A stretch of 64,000 bases of DNA from Octopus vulgaris (GCA_951406725.2 OX597815.1:215016001-215080000); one strand, 5' to 3'. Counted from the first letter of the stretch, positions 24,914 through 40,476 are shown. The notes: generated from the letters alone by a model not told the origin. Made by a program: numbers and translations.

Positions 24914-27463
24914 GTAAGTGTGTTTGAAATTTGTTTTTTTTTTTTTTTGTTTTTCCAGTTTCAGCTCTTGAGCTGTGGCCATGCTGGGGCACCGCCATTG
25001 TGGTGAAAGAGTACAGCAGGGATCACCACCCCCTGCCGGAGCCTCGTAGAGCTTTTTTAGGTGTTTTTGCTCAATAAACACACACAACGCCCGGTCTGAG
25101 AATCGAAACCGCGATCCTGCGACCGCGAGTCCGCTGCCCTAACCACTAGGCCATTGCGCCTCTACGATATCACCTGGAGAAAAAATGATATCACCTGGAG
25201 AAAAAAAATTCTCCTGCTTTTTAATTCCTTACTATATTTAGAATTTTCTTTGTTTATGTTTTACTTGTTTCAGTCATTTGATTGTGGCCATGCTGGGGCA
25301 CCACCTTGGAGAATTTTAGTCAAATGAATCAACCCCAGTACTTATATTTTTGTTTTAAATCTGGTACTTATTCTGTTGGTCTCTTTTGCTGAACCACTAA
25401 GTTACAGAGACATAAATAAACACAGCAGCACCACTTATCAAGCAGTGGTGGAGGACAAACAAAGACACACTGACACACAAACACACACACTCACACAGTC
25501 ACATACACACACACACACACACACACACATATGTGATGGGATTCTTTCAACTTCCATCCACCAAACACCAAATCCACTCACAAGACTTTGGTCAGCCTTG
25601 GGCTTATAGCATAAGACACTTGCCCAAGATGTCTGCCTGAAGCCAGAACCATGTGGTTGGAAAGTGAACATCTTAGCACACAGCCCAAATATTTCAGAAT
25701 TGTAATTGCCTAGCAAATGATTTGATCTCTAAGACTGTATGTTCAAACTGAAGCAGTAATATGGAATAGCCATTTTGGCCATCTAAAACACATAAATACT
25801 ATTATATTCGCTTTCTAGTTATTTCTTGAGGTGTTAAAATTTTTGTCATACAACTTCATCTTAGTAACAGACATCATTCCACGGCAACTGCATTATAACA
25901 GAACTATGTCAGTGATCAAGTTACAGTTGTAGGACAAAAATTTTAATGCTTCCATCCAGTCATTTCATCAGCCACCATTCCTGAGAGTCCCAAAGGGGTT
26001 GAGTCCTCTTTCTTTTTCCCAAGGTTTCTCTTTCTACAACTTTTACTTTTGGTCATGGTCAATGGTTAGAAGTGAGTGCATATATATATATATATATATA
26101 TTATAGGCGTAGGAGTGGCTGTGCGGTAAGTAGCTTGCTTACCAGCCACATGGTTCCGGGTTCAGTCCCACTGCATGGCACCTTGGGCAAGTGTGTTCTA
26201 CCATGCCCTCGGGCCAATCAAAGCCTTGTGAGTGGATTTGGTAGATGGAAACTGGAAGAAGCCCATCGTATATATGTATATATATATATGTATGTGTGTA
26301 AATATGTCTGTGTGTTTGTCCCTCCAACATCGCTTGACAACCAATGCTGGTGTGTTTACATCCCTGTAACTTAGCGGTTAGGTAAAAGAGACTAGGCTTA
26401 CAATGAATAAGTCTTGGGGTCTATTTGCTCAACTAAAGGCGGTGCTCCAGCACAGCCACAGTCAAATGACTGAAACAAGTAAAAGAACTGACAGGTGGCG
26501 TAGCTGAAAGAGGATGATGTAGTCAGAAGCCAATGACCACCAGAAGAGAGAGATGACTTCCATTGTTTATATCCAGTTCGTTTCCCCCTCCATACTTTAA
26601 AGAGGCCATAGGCTAACATGTCTTAGGGTCTGATGATATGCCATAAAGATACTCTTTATGGTGAGAAACCCTAAGTAACCCTAAAAACAGGCCTTCACCA
26701 GTAATAAATATATATGTGTGTGTGTGTGTGTGTGTGTATATGCCTGTGCAAAGCCACATAAGAGCACCCTTGCAGTGCCATGTAAAAGCGCCCAGCACTC
26801 TCTGTAAAGTGGTTGGCATTAAGAAGGGCATCTGGCCATAGAAACCATGCCAAATCAGACTGGAGTCTGGTGCAGCTCTTCAGCTTACCAGCTCTGGCAA
26901 ACCATCCAACCCATGCCAGCATAGGCAGCAGATGTTAAATGATGATGGTGATGATGATATATAATGTGGTAAAGCTTCGACAAATAGAAGACTTCTTGAT
27001 CAGCTAAGAGAGTAAAGATAATTTTATAATAAAAGCCACAGATATTTCTAAATACAGCTAACCAGAGTTTGCTGGTCAAAATTATTTATTTCACCATTTC
27101 TCAAGCTGAGGACATGATTTTTTTTGTCAGTTGTCATTTAAACATTATCTGCTCAAAAAGACAAGTGATAAATGGCTTTAAAAATGGTGAAATTGTTGAA
27201 ACAAGCAGTGGACTAATTGTGTGTGTGTGTGTGTGTGTGTGTGTGCATGCGTATGTGTGTATACATATGTATGTGTGTGTCTGTGTAATGTAAATGCATA
27301 TATACTTGTATCTGTAATCAATTGAATAGCATTATGTGAATGCTCAGTGATGTTATGTTATCCAGCTTTCAAAATATTTTATTGCCAACTTATATGAAAA
27401 TGTTGTTTGATTACATTTTTTATGTATTTTTTCTTCTTTTTTTTCTTTTTTTTCTAATTGCAG

Positions 27464-27523
27464 CGTGGACACATATGTTGTTCTTTCAACCAGACTTGTA
27501 CAGCCCTTGAAAGATCTCCGTGA
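27464..27523 (+). CDS. NELL: NELL-like terminal coding exon
   Basis: Long polypyrimidine tract, ctaat branch-like site and ttgcag|. Encodes RGHICCSFNQTCTALERSP*, matching the NELL C-terminus G.ICCS....C. TGA at 27521-27523. Confidence 0.94.
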   Translation, partial: RGHICCSFNQTCTALERSP

Positions 27524-30500
27524 TCGAATAATGTGATTTAAGTTTGCAACGGCGACAGTTTGTTGCTTACATTTTCCAGCAAAATACAGCCATTCCATGC
27601 CGCCATGTATGACAATGTAGAATGCCATCCTAGCTGTATGGGCTTCTACTAAATGTAACTAACTTAAATGAGACTTGGGCGTCCTGTGCTGCCCATGCAT
27701 TCCCTACTCTTCTGGCAGCAGGATGGCTGCGGCTGCAGTAGTTGCTGCTGGAGGTGCATTGGTTCCTTGTCAGCTTTTGGTGTAGCTCTCTTTGAAATCT
27801 CTGCTCATTGTACTAAGACGGACTTCTACAAGAAATTAAATGATTAAAAAAAAAAGCAACAAGTTTGGCATATAACAGACACACAAACTGCAAGAATTAA
27901 ATGATTGGTTGAAGACAGTGAGAAAGGGTGTGTATGAATATGTATGTATGTGTGCATGTATGAGAGAAAGAGAAAAAGCAAGAAGATAAGAGATTCTGGA
28001 GTTCATTCATGGAAAATTGTGTACATTGACTGTGTTGTTCTGGTCTCAGACTAGCTGCCCTTAAGCAAGTATCTCTGTTGATACCAAAATGTAAAAAAAG
28101 ACAACATTGATGTGAAATTTCTGAGAGTCTGTGTGTGCATATGTATTATAGTAAGATATATTAATAGCTGCCTACTGAGCTGAATCTGTCAGAAAACTTT
28201 ACCAAAATATGCTCAGGGAATCTAATAGCATTGCCGCTTTTCTCTTCTATCTGATCTGACTGGTCCTGTCTTCTCCAGGCTTTGTCTGCCAGTTCGGCTA
28301 TACACCCTTATACACCAAGTGGAACTCCTTCCAATTTATTTTATTTTTTAATTTCAAATTGAGGTGGGAAGTATTTGTTATTTTGGCCAAAAACAAAAAC
28401 AAAGGAAAAGAAAAGAAAGGAAAATGACACACACGAAAAAGAAAAATTCTTACTGTTTATTTCTATTCTACCTCTATTATTTTTTTTTTACTGTCATTTT
28501 TTTTTTTGTCAAAGAAATAATTTTAGATGCAGCAAAGATGAAGGACAAGGTCAGACAGTTAAAGATTTAGAGTAGAAATTTAATAGATAAACCCATAAAA
28601 TGGATTCAGACGGCTAAAAATGTTTCAGACCAAAGGAGAGATCAGACAAACAGAGAAATTATATTTCGATTTTTGTTGTAAGAAGACTAGGTTAGACAGC
28701 TTCCAAAATAATTTAGAAACTTCTGCTTACTTCTACATTAAAGACTTATCAGACAAATTGAGAAACAGCACATAATCTTCACAAATGGTAAAACTGTCCA
28801 AATAATATTCCAATTTGTTTCTTTTTAGTTTCCATACATATAAATATATTTGTAGGAACTCCCATATCTTTCCTGTATACTCTTCCATTAGATTCATGGA
28901 TCTCTATTTTTCATATACCCCAAGTCAAATACTATCTCTTTGTTCTCACTCACCTTCAATGTTATCAACTTTCATTTCTCTCTTCCCACCATCTTCCACA
29001 AAAACCACCGAATTTGTGTTACCTTATTCTATGTTTATCAATTCCTATCACATTTTTATTATCATATTCATGTTCACCAATTTCAATCTTACTTCCAGCG
29101 CAATATCTTAAAATAATTGAAAATTACCCTACATTTCATTTTTTTTTTTTGTAAGATACTAAAATATCCTTTGCATATAAGAATACAATGATTATAGTCA
29201 ATTGAAAGCATACCTAGACTATATTATAACATCAAGGCTTATTTAAGAGGTAAAATACATTCTAATCTCATAGATTCAAATTGATCCTCACTTCCAGTTG
29301 CAACAACATATAATATTCTTTATAAAACTTTAGATTATCTCTTCTCCTTTTCCTGTTCACAACACTATGTTGGTGTGAACTAAACAATATGTGAGGAACT
29401 GTATATGTATAAGGTATAAATGTGTGAATGTGTGACTGTGTGCACTTCTTAAAATTCTTAATATTTCCTTTCATTTTTCTTCAGTGGTAGCATTATCTCA
29501 ATTTATATTTTATTTTGTAATAATTTGGTCTTTAACAATAGCACAATAGTTTAATACTTCTACAACTACCATCTTCAGAACAGATTGTGATCCAGATGCA
29601 TTAGAAGATCATGTGACTTAGATTTCAAGAGGCTTCATTAAACACTTGGATTTTTAATTTGTATGACAGCAGTGAAATTAAGTTTTATTTAAGGCAGTTG
29701 GAATATTTGCTTCTATGAGTGTAATGTTAAGGTACTGGATTACTGACTACATGAAATAAGGACAACTTTATTGCAGTTTTAATTTTTAAAAACCTTGTTA
29801 CAGTACTTAAACAATACAAATTACACTGCTTGATCCAAGCTGTCTACTATTAGATGTCACACCTACTTCATGATTTGGTGTTTGATACTAATATGGTTAT
29901 ACAGCTGTAAAAATAGTTGCTCTAACATAATGTAAATATACAAATGTCCATGTGAGCATGGGAAAATGAACATTGAATATATTAAAAAGGCAAAATATTG
30001 CTGTCAATACACCATACTTCAAATTAATTGCTACTTGGGTACAGAACCTCAAATTCACAGTAATGGGGATTATGGAAATAAAAGAATAAGCTTTCATCTT
30101 TGAATTAAATACTTTTAAATCTTTTTATTTTCCCCTTCAGGTAATTTTCTCCTTTAAATATCTTTTTTTTTTTTCAAGTCGTTAAACTTGCAAGCTTCTC
30201 TTTCCAGCAAAGCCTATAAACAATAACTGACACAAAACGTACATGTTGTGTGCATATATATACACACACATGCATTTGTATGTACTAGTTTACATGTGTT
30301 GCTGTTGTCCAAAAGTATAGGAGCTGGGGGCAGAGAATCCGTTTACTTCAAGTGATACAAAGCAAAAAAGTTAACCAAATATTAAATAATAATTAACAGA
30401 TAAAACATAACAGTTATGTATTATTACTAGAATTAAATTACTCTTCTAAAAACGCTTTCTCTATAGTATCCCCTTAATTTGTTTATTAACAGTAATTGAA

Positions 30501-32067
30501 ATTTCTTTCAAGAACTTAAAGCCCCTGGTAAGTTTCTGATTGTTTAACCAAACATGAAAGAAAATTACTTTATTCAAGTAAAGACTAATAAAATTACTCT
30601 ATGTATATTAAAATCATTTTCTGAAGACTGAAAATGATAAATTTCAAATGAAAACCTGATGCCTTTAAGTGAAGTAAGTCATCATGACTCCTCATTATTG
30701 TGTGGTAACTTACTGTGTAGTTTACGGCCACCATCGCACAGCATTATTTTCAACCTGAGGACATTCAAAAGGCAAGGCTCAAATATCATTAAACTACTTG
30801 ATTCTATCTGATATATACTTTTCCAAATTCAGAGTCAAAATGGTAACAGAATTGTGTTTAGTGCTATAACTGGTCATATACTCTGCCCTACCAAATTTTA
30901 GCTTAAATGATTACCACAATGTTGTCCATTAAAACTGCTGTGAAAATGACATATTTAAAGTAAAACTTAAGATTCTTCTATTGAAGTAAGATGGTGAGAA
31001 TAACTTTAACTGGTACCTCTCTAAATACCCCAGAAATTTACTTGTAGATTTGAAACATTCACATTCAGTTGAAATACCTTTGCTACAAAAAAGTAAGGCA
31101 GCATGCTGGCAGAGTCATTAGCACTTTCAGACAAAATGCTTAGCGGTATTTCTTCTGTCTCTTCATATTATGAATTCAAGTTGGACTTTGCCTTTCATCT
31201 TTGATCGATAAAATAAGTACCAAAGTCAATGTAATCTCCTCCCACTCGCCTCAGAAAATTGCTGGTCTTGTGCCAAAATTAGAAACCAATATAAAACAAA
31301 AGTTTAATTTTGAAACAATAAATATAATCTTCAAATTTACTTCCTGACCAAGAGCTTTTGCAAACAAATGATATCAACAGTTTGAAATCTCTCTCTTTCT
31401 ATATATATATTTCCTATTTCAGAAAGTTGTATTATCTTCCTGTCAATAATAATTCATAAAAGTCACAATACTAGGAGTGAAAAGAGATATGGTACTGTAC
31501 AGACACAGCTAGACCATACCAGTACATAATGAAATCAATATTGATCTGGCGATAACAATGGCTAATTTGAATGACATTTTAACCTTTCTTTCTGATCATT
31601 CTCTGTCCTATTTATTCCCAAATATCTAAGTGTTACCTAAAGCAATTACTTCTCTAGTCACAGATATGTTGTATTATGTTCGGGGACAAGTCACCCAAAT
31701 CTATTTGATTCAAAAAAGAAAGGAACATTTCTAAATCATAGAGGAGTGATTAGTATGGCTAGAATCGTTCAGTTGCATGTGTGAAAATGCCATGGGAGTT
31801 AAGATAAACTACTCGACTATCTAGAGGTTTCTTGGAATAAGATTTGAGTTGACTTCAACATGTTGATAGAGACAGACTGAATATTTCATGCTAGATAAAC
31901 ATTCAATTGTTCAGGAACAAGAGTGAAAGAGACAAAAGGAAGTAGCAATTTCCTGTGTCTTAGACATAAATTTATATCTGCACCTTCGTTTCATAACTGT
32001 TCTCTGTGGTTTTCATTTTTATCTCTTTCAAATCTCATTGCTGGTGGTCTACTTACCTGCCAGTCAG

Positions 32068-32130
<63 letters not shown>

Positions 32131-33366
32131 TATATATATATATATATCCCTCTCTCTCCTTCTCACTGTCCCTCTTTCTCTCTGTTACACACACACACAT
32201 TCATACCAACTTTAATATGAAGAATAATTTGCTTTTCTCTTTCATTCCCTTTTATTTTTGTAGAATTCCCAAAAAGAAAACCAAGGCAATCAACTAACTT
32301 ATTTTGCCTTTCTTTTGCACCCTCTTTCATCTAGGCAGAACCTAATAAAGCTTTACATATTTAATGTTGTAATCCTTTAATTATACTTTAATATGTTTCT
32401 TCCTTAAATTTTTGATCAGTTTGCTTCTGAGTAAACTGATTGTAATTCACTGTCTTAGCCATGTGAATAAACAGTTTCACAATTTCATTCTCAAGCAGAC
32501 TCCTTCCTCAATCTAATCATTGATTCTGAAAAATGTTGCACAAAGCTAGAGATTATCCTGAGTTTCAGGCATAAAAGAAATGATCACCACTTCTGACCCA
32601 TGACAGAACATTCACCAACCAACTACAACATGTGTCCTCTTGAAAAAATTTAAGTCCAGCAATCAAAGATAACAAAAAAGAAAAAACACTTATTAATTAT
32701 ATTGTGCTCCCACTACTTACAGGACTAAAAGTAAACTGAACCACTGAGAATTAAACATCTTGTTCTATAATGCATCCATTAATCTTCTCTAAGAGATTAA
32801 GGCTGCGAACTCGCAGAAGTGTTGACACACTGGACAAAGTGCTTAATGGCATTTCTTCTGGCTTTCCATTCTGAGCTCAAATTCTGCTGGGTGTGACTTT
32901 GCCTTTCATCTTTCCAGAATTGATGAAATAAGCACCAGTTGATGTAACTGACTAGTCTGTCTCACAAAATCGCAGGCCTTGTGCCTATAGTAGAAAGAAA
33001 TATTCTATAATATTCCACCAATCTTGAACATATAGGCAGCTCATCTGACTAGAGCTTATTCCAGTTTCTATGGCATTTAAGCAATAGAGAGTATAAGAAG
33101 TACTCCTAAACAGAATACCAGTCTATTGCATTGTTAACCTCCTGACCCCCAGCTATTGCTGGTACTCATGTTCAACAGCATGAACTGAAGCTATGTGAAA
33201 TGAAGTGCCTTGCTGAAGGACACAACACATCACCCAGTCAAGAACTGGAGCCAGGACCTAACAATCATAAGTCCATCGCCTGAAAACACTATGCCACACA
33301 TCTTCACACAAGAAACCTTCTGTGTTTAAAATGTCTGCTGATATTTCACATTTCTTTTTCCTTTGA

Positions 33367-33800
33367 CCCTTAAGCATTCAGATTACTCGGTCAGGTATAA
33401 TACTTATTTATACACATTGTTTTGAATTAATCATACATTATCTTGTAGCTTCAATATTTTGATGATGCTGTTGTTTATTTTTAGAATGACACAATAGAAT
33501 AAGTGTGAGAGGCCAGATTTGGTCAGTTTGAACATAAAGCTGGTAAAATATTTGGGCCCAATACGGCCAGTTTAACCCTTTTGTTACCAACCCGGCTCTG
33601 GCCCTGTTGTACAAATGTCTTGTTTTCAAAAGTTCTCAATTAAAATCTTCCACCAAACCTTAGTTACAATTTATATTCCTAACACTAACTTAATGATAAC
33701 TAAGTCATTTTGCTAAATTCTTTGTTATATTTAAAATAATTGAAAGAAACTCAAAGCATCTAAAATAAATACAGTAACAAAAGGGTTAAATGCTAAAAGG
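33367..33800. mobile_element. piggyBac-type MITE with a second MITE (33576-33785) nested at a TTAA in its terminal region
   Basis: Outer ends CCCTTAAGCATT ... ATGCTAAAAGG|TTAA. Inner element TTAA|CCCTTTTGTTAC ... GTAACAAAAGGG|TTAA. Confidence 0.8.
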
Positions 33801-35328
33801 TTAAAATAAATAGAAAACTAAAAGGTATACAAATATTTCAAAATAAAACTCTTTCCACAGACATAAAACAGAGGTTATAGAAAGCTGCTGTGAAATCAGT
33901 GTATTACTGGTTTTGATCTTTTGACCCCAAAGTAGTTGAAAGCATACATAACTCTCAACAGAATATTAATTTTGAGCCACAGAACATCATACGAGTGGCA
34001 GTTAAACTTCTACACTATTTTTCAATCCACCTGCTACCCAAATATTAAAACACCTGATCATAAATTGTTACCTGGCCCTTGAAGTGAAAACATTAAAACA
34101 CTACCAATTAATGTGTATGTTTTTTGGGTGTTTTTTTTTTGTTCGTTTTTGCTTGTGGAGTTGCAACTGGAAGACTAAAATTTTAAAAGCCAAATATGAG
34201 TTCAGTATGGTCTCTTAAAAATTTTCCTCATATTTTATTATCAGGCCATTTGATTTTTTTTTTATGATGGGGGTAGTCAGATTCTAGCTGTGTTAGTAAC
34301 ATAAATATTGAGTAAACAGGCTTCTTTCTTGAAATACAAGTTATTATACTACAGCAAAAATTTTGGTCATCTGTAAAATATATTACTGGAGGGAGGAAGA
34401 GAGAGAATGTGTTTGCACGTGCTCTAAGTATTTATGTAATGGTTCTTTTCTTTTATTTTGTTGTTTTTCTTTGTAACCTCAAATCTTTATGCTATAGATT
34501 ATCTTAGCTTGTGTCTGTTTCAACTATAATGACATCTGTAGAAAGTTTCATCATGTCACTTAAAAGAATAAAAATTCAGTTTTCATTAATATTGTTGAAA
34601 TTTAAGCAAAAAAAAAGTTTTTCAATAAAACTTATTCAAATAATATGAATTCATGAATAATTATTGACATCAATGAAGAAAAAAAATCCTTAATTACAAA
34701 TAAATATTGTTTTTAATGGATTGTATACAATATCTTTTCCACTAAAAGTCATGTTTATATACCACACCTTGCTTTCAAACAAGACACATTAAAAGATTCA
34801 ATTACCTTATCTATTTCAAAGAGCAGCAGAAATGAGTTAAGCTCCTACCTTACTGAATCTATGATGCAGTTTCAATTCAGATGGTATTTTCTTTTCATTG
34901 TTAATCATTTTTTTTCTCCTCAAAGTATTTTTAACATAATATCTTTATGATGTAATTTCCTTCTCCCTCACCTATGAATTCTTGGTCTCATATCTCATTT
35001 CTTTGTAATAAATCAAGCTTTGATCTTTTATTAGGAGGCTTATTGCTTTTTTGTGGGATTATAATTATCATTATTGCTTCATTTACTACTCAACATAATC
35101 CACTAACTGGGCATTCTTTACTATAAATTTCTCATTATTATATTAATATAATTATCAAAGATGAAGAGTGGTAAAATCAGTAGAATACAGAAAGTGTCCT
35201 TTACTGTATTTGGTTATGTTCCTTTTACATTATGAATTCAAAGTGCACTGAAGCCAACTTGTCTTTTATCTGATTATGAAGTCTTTGAAATAAGTATTAG
35301 CAAAGTACTAAGGTTGAAATCATCAACA

Positions 35329-35402
<74 letters not shown>

Positions 35403-35649
35403 AATGCGTAGTTGTATGCCAATATTAGAAATTAATATTTTTATGAAACAGGCACCATGTGACAGATTTATGAACCTATAATCTAATTTTGGTACTTCGT
35501 TGTACCTTAAACTATTAAGGAAAGACTCTTCCTACCTGCTATAGTAATTAGGAAATTTTTCCCTAAAATGTACTTTACCATTTAAGAGGTAGATAGAATA
35601 AAATGGTGGTATTAAGCAAACCACTTAGAAATAGCACAGTGTTCTAAAG

Positions 35650-35818
35650 CAGTGCTCCACAACCTTTTTTCACTTCTGGTACACTTATATTCTTTTCAAA
35701 ATTCGGTGACACACCCTGAACTAAATATATAACTTAAACGTATAGGGAAAAAATTATATTTAGGTTATACTCTCGCCCACCTAGCATCGTTTCATGGCAT
35801 ACCAGTTGTGGGGCACTG
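35650..35818. mobile_element. hAT (Charlie-like) MITE
   Basis: TIRs CAGTGCTCCACAAC / GTTGTGGGGCACTG. Flanking 8-mers ttctaaag / ttcaagag match at 6 of 8, consistent with a decayed TSD. Confidence 0.65.
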
Positions 35819-37904
35819 TTCAAGAGAATTAATACAAGAGAGAGAGGTTTCACTTTATTCATGTCATGTTTCTAATATCATTACAGAAGTGCATAAATTT
35901 CCCATCATGCTCTCAGTCGATATTGTTGATACATCCCCTTGATGTAATGCAGATTCATCAACTCATTTTTATCCCTGCTTCCTCAGTCCTGTCTTTAAAT
36001 CTTCTTTGGTAGCAATTTTCCAAGTAGTAAGTTCATTGCCATGAGAGTAGAAAAGACAAAGAATCCACCCTCAAAGTCTCAACTAAATTCCACTTTCATT
36101 TATCATTAAGAGAAAGTGGGACCTACTTTCTTTGTTAAATCATTAATTTTCTTCTTTTCCACCATTTAATTGGCTATGTATCTAGCATTTTTTTTTTAAT
36201 GGTCTCTATTGCCAAAGCACTTATTTGTAGTTACCCACTCCACCACTAATAAAATAGGGAACATAAACTAATTTTACATTTGTTTGAACTGTTCTTTTAT
36301 GTTCTTGTGTAACTGATTGACTTTAATTCTTTTGATTATTACCCTTGTAATATTTCAAAAAGTTCTATTCATCTTTCTGTGTGAAATAAAAGAAAGTCTG
36401 GTGTTTGTGGGTGGGTGCGGTCTGTGTGTCTGTCTAATTAATGTACGAATGTAAACTTTGTGGAATATTTACATAAGTATGTTGTTTCTTTAGCTAAATT
36501 TCTACTTCTAGACACAAACCAAACAAACTTTGAACAAAGATTGTATACATTAGTAAACTCTGTTAATATAAACTACAAATTATATTGGCAAAAGAAAATA
36601 AACTGACTAATTAACTCAAAGCTGCAACAGTAGTAGTTGGCTTTGTTGGTAGTTCTGATCAACTCAAGCAAACCACAAACAATTGTTTCATCATAAACAA
36701 TTGATGTATAACTGACTGCATAAAGCTTAGGTTTCCAAATTGAGGATTATGCTGACTTTTTTTGACTGAGGTATAGGACAAGTGGATAAATTACACAGGC
36801 AAAATGATATTTGGTTGAAATACTTCAACAGATATTGAAAACCTAAAATGCAAACTGGGTCTCGAGAAATCTTTTATAAAAAGAAAAAGTTCATATACAA
36901 GCTTGACTCTTAATTCCAAAAGCTCTTGTATAATTTCTTTCTTTACAAATGTGTCATTTTAAATGTACTTCTTAAAATATTCTCTACCTTTTACTTAAAA
37001 TTCTTCTACTTTTCTTTCATCCCACCCAGAAAAAAAAAATCTAACCACTAACACCAAATTCTTCTCAAAAAATCAATCTTTATACTTGTACTCCTTTTTT
37101 CATTTTTCTTTGTTTCTGTTTTTTTTTTTTGATACTCAAGATCATATACTCAATATGTAACACAATATGCAAAGATCCCATCCCTATCCTCAGCATAAAC
37201 AATCGTACTCATTGTATATCTTAACCGTCACCAAACCTACTACCATAATATATCTCAAACCCTCCAACCCATCTTCGCTCTATATCTTCCACTTGGTTTT
37301 TTTCTTTTTTTTTTATGTCTACCCAAAAACTCCATCTTACTGTTTTTCTATAATTTGATAACTGAAGGTTTTGATTCTTACAAGCTGTCTTTTCTCCCTT
37401 TTACTATAACTAAACTATTTTTCATTGGTATTTTTCTACGTTTTTTTTTCTTGTTTTTGTTTTTGTTTGAGTTGATTTCTCCCCACCCCTTCAACTCTTT
37501 AGTGTTTATCTTTGTGGACACAGCTGTTTCTCATAAGTGTGTGCACGTGTATGTATGTATTTTTTTCCAGTGTCTATATGCAAGAGTGCGTGCAGTTCTA
37601 TGATCAAATGTATATATAATATATATGTGTGTATATATACATATATACATATATGTATATGTGTGTATATCTTGCTTATGACTGATTTCATAAATTTATA
37701 TATATAGTTATAAATATATAAGTGTGTGTATGTGCATATGTATGTATATGTGCATGCACACTTAATTGTGTACAATTATGATTCAATATATGTATATATT
37801 TGCATGAACGAATAAATCTGCAAATCTTTGGGAGTTTGCAGTGAAGAATAAAGCGAGTGTTTCATGGGAAGGTTCACAGTTATATGAGTGAGTAAATCAA
37901 ATGT

Positions 37905-38168
<264 letters not shown>

Positions 38169-38282
38169 AAGTAGGGATCCTGTGTAAAAACTCAGGCCAC
38201 ACGCCTTAGAAAAATTTATTAAAATCTCTCAAAAAATGCTTATAAATAGTGTTATACATACATATATATATGTACGAATGCA

Positions 38283-38327
<45 letters not shown>

Positions 38328-38720
38328 GTGATGTATGTATATGTGTATATATATATATTTATATATAATATATATGTTTATACAATATATATATATATAT
38401 TCCCAATCCTTCAGAACCATTCTTGGCATTCTGTAGCCTTGCCGTTGTGTGCAAGTTGTCAGAGATTCGCTGTGTCCAGCTTGCTAGCCATGTTACATGT
38501 GAAACGTGCTTGCACACATTGCCTATCTTACTATACCAACCACTATGTCTAGCTGTTGTGATTAAAAGCACCTTACTACTCTGGCCTCAAATGATGCTGC
38601 CAGATTGTATTATAGTTATTGTGACTAAATAAATAGACACACTTCTTAAATACTACCACTTGCTTTAGATTTTTTCTCTTTTACTTGCTCTAACTCTCTC
38701 TCTCTCTCTCTCTGTTTCTT

Positions 38721-38765
<45 letters not shown>

Positions 38766-38900
38766 ATTTCTTTTTCATCATTTCCTTTCCTACATGATGA
38801 TTCAAAGATAAAAGAAACGGAAAGAAAAAAATAGAGAAAAATAAATATATCTTTTCTTCAAGCTTGCTAACTTTTTGGCAAGTTCTCAAAATTGTTAAAC

Positions 38901-38947
<47 letters not shown>

Positions 38948-39408
38948 AGAAATGTCTTGTTAAAATAATATGTAATATAATTAATAATAATAACAATAAT
39001 AATAATAATGATAATATTAATAATAATAATATAAATAAAACAAAATGAACTTTACTGTTAATTTTATCGTCAAATAACTAAAATTTGTAAAATTTCAAAT
39101 TAATTCTGAATTCAGACTTTTTCATTTTATATTGATTTATTTTTAATATGTTGTTTGTTATTGTTATGTCTTTTTTTAAAAATCTTTTATTTGTTTCAGT
39201 CATTGTACTAAGGCCATGCTGGGGCACTGCCTTGAAGGGTTTTAGTCAAACTGATCAATCCTAGTACTTAACTTTTAAGTCTGGTACTTTTTCTATTGGT
39301 CTCTTTTGCCAGGCTGCTATGTTACAGGGATGCGAACACACCGACACCAGTTGTTAAGTGAGTGGTATTGGTAGGACAAACACAGGTTCAAAGAAACACA
39401 CACATTGA

Positions 39409-39442
<34 letters not shown>

Positions 39443-39446
<4 letters not shown>

Positions 39447-39738
39447 TGCAAATGGTTTTTTTATTACAGCACCATGATTTGCAATCCTGTAAATATTAAT
39501 AATGGTATTTTTATATAAGCTTAAAGCTTATAGCATATAGCAATCACCATGCAATGACTAAGGAAAATAGTCTAATAAAGGGGCATATAAGCCCTTGACA
39601 GGAAAAAGAAGGCTTGCCTATCCATGCGGATAGGAAAGCCTTTTTTTTCTGTCAAGAGCTTATATGCTTCTTTATTAAACTATTTTCCGTAGTCATTGCT
39701 CAGTGATCACCATAAGTTTTAAGCTTATATAAAAATAC
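39443..39738 (-). mobile_element. Fold-back element in (TA)n (Penelope-like 5'-inverted fragment)
   Basis: Inverted repeat 39505-39738 centred on tatcc-atgc-ggata (~39625). The unique tail 39443-39504 abuts the (TA)n at 39412-39442. Confidence 0.65.
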
Positions 39739-40444
39739 TATATATATGTGTGTGTGTGTGTTTATACATATATGTATGTGTGTATGTATATATACATACA
39801 TTCAATTGGCTTCCATTGGTTATTTAAACTGAAACTATTGTAAGGAAAAGAAAACATCATTAGCATTAATAACAAAAATTATTCTAAAAGGTGAAAAAGA
39901 AAACTCTTAAAAGATCAAAAATTAAAATAAATTATGAAAGCAGTAAGTTTGATCCTTGGTCACTATGGTGACAACTCCAAAAATATTTTGGCCTTATTGA
40001 ACCTTCTTAGCTAAGCATATTCAACATACAGCTACCTGATCACAGGATAACCTGGGGAGTTTGGAAAAATTTCCCAAGGCTCCTTCTGGCTGAAGAATGT
40101 ACTTTTAAGTGGAAATTCATGGTGTCTGCAGTTATATCAGGAATAAACAAGAGAGTCTCAACATTAACGCTTAATCTGCTAAAGCAACAGACAAATCTCC
40201 CTTAAATGAAACTCCAGTATTTTAATCAAAGAAGAACACATTTGATGACTTAGTCCTAGATACCCCTAAACACATGGAATAGTCATAACTCGAATACTTT
40301 TGGTCACAGATTTACTCATTCACAGTTGAGCTTGGGTTCAGCAACAGGTATTGAAATATAAGTTAACTTCACTCAAATCAAGTATAGATGGGCAGATGGA
40401 TACCTGTATATATATATATATGTGTGTGTGTGAGTGTGTATATA

Positions 40445-40475
<31 letters not shown>

Positions 40476-40476
<1 letters not shown>

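Noticed and set aside
25166-25207. 21-bp direct repeat gatatcacctggagaaaaaa(t) as a target-site duplication
   Set aside because: Both copies lie on the same side of the adjacent SINE with nothing between them. It is a simple local tandem duplication.
27521-27545. Stop-codon readthrough of NELL
   Set aside because: The TGA is followed by TCG, not a CTAG-type context, and an in-frame TAA follows after five codons.
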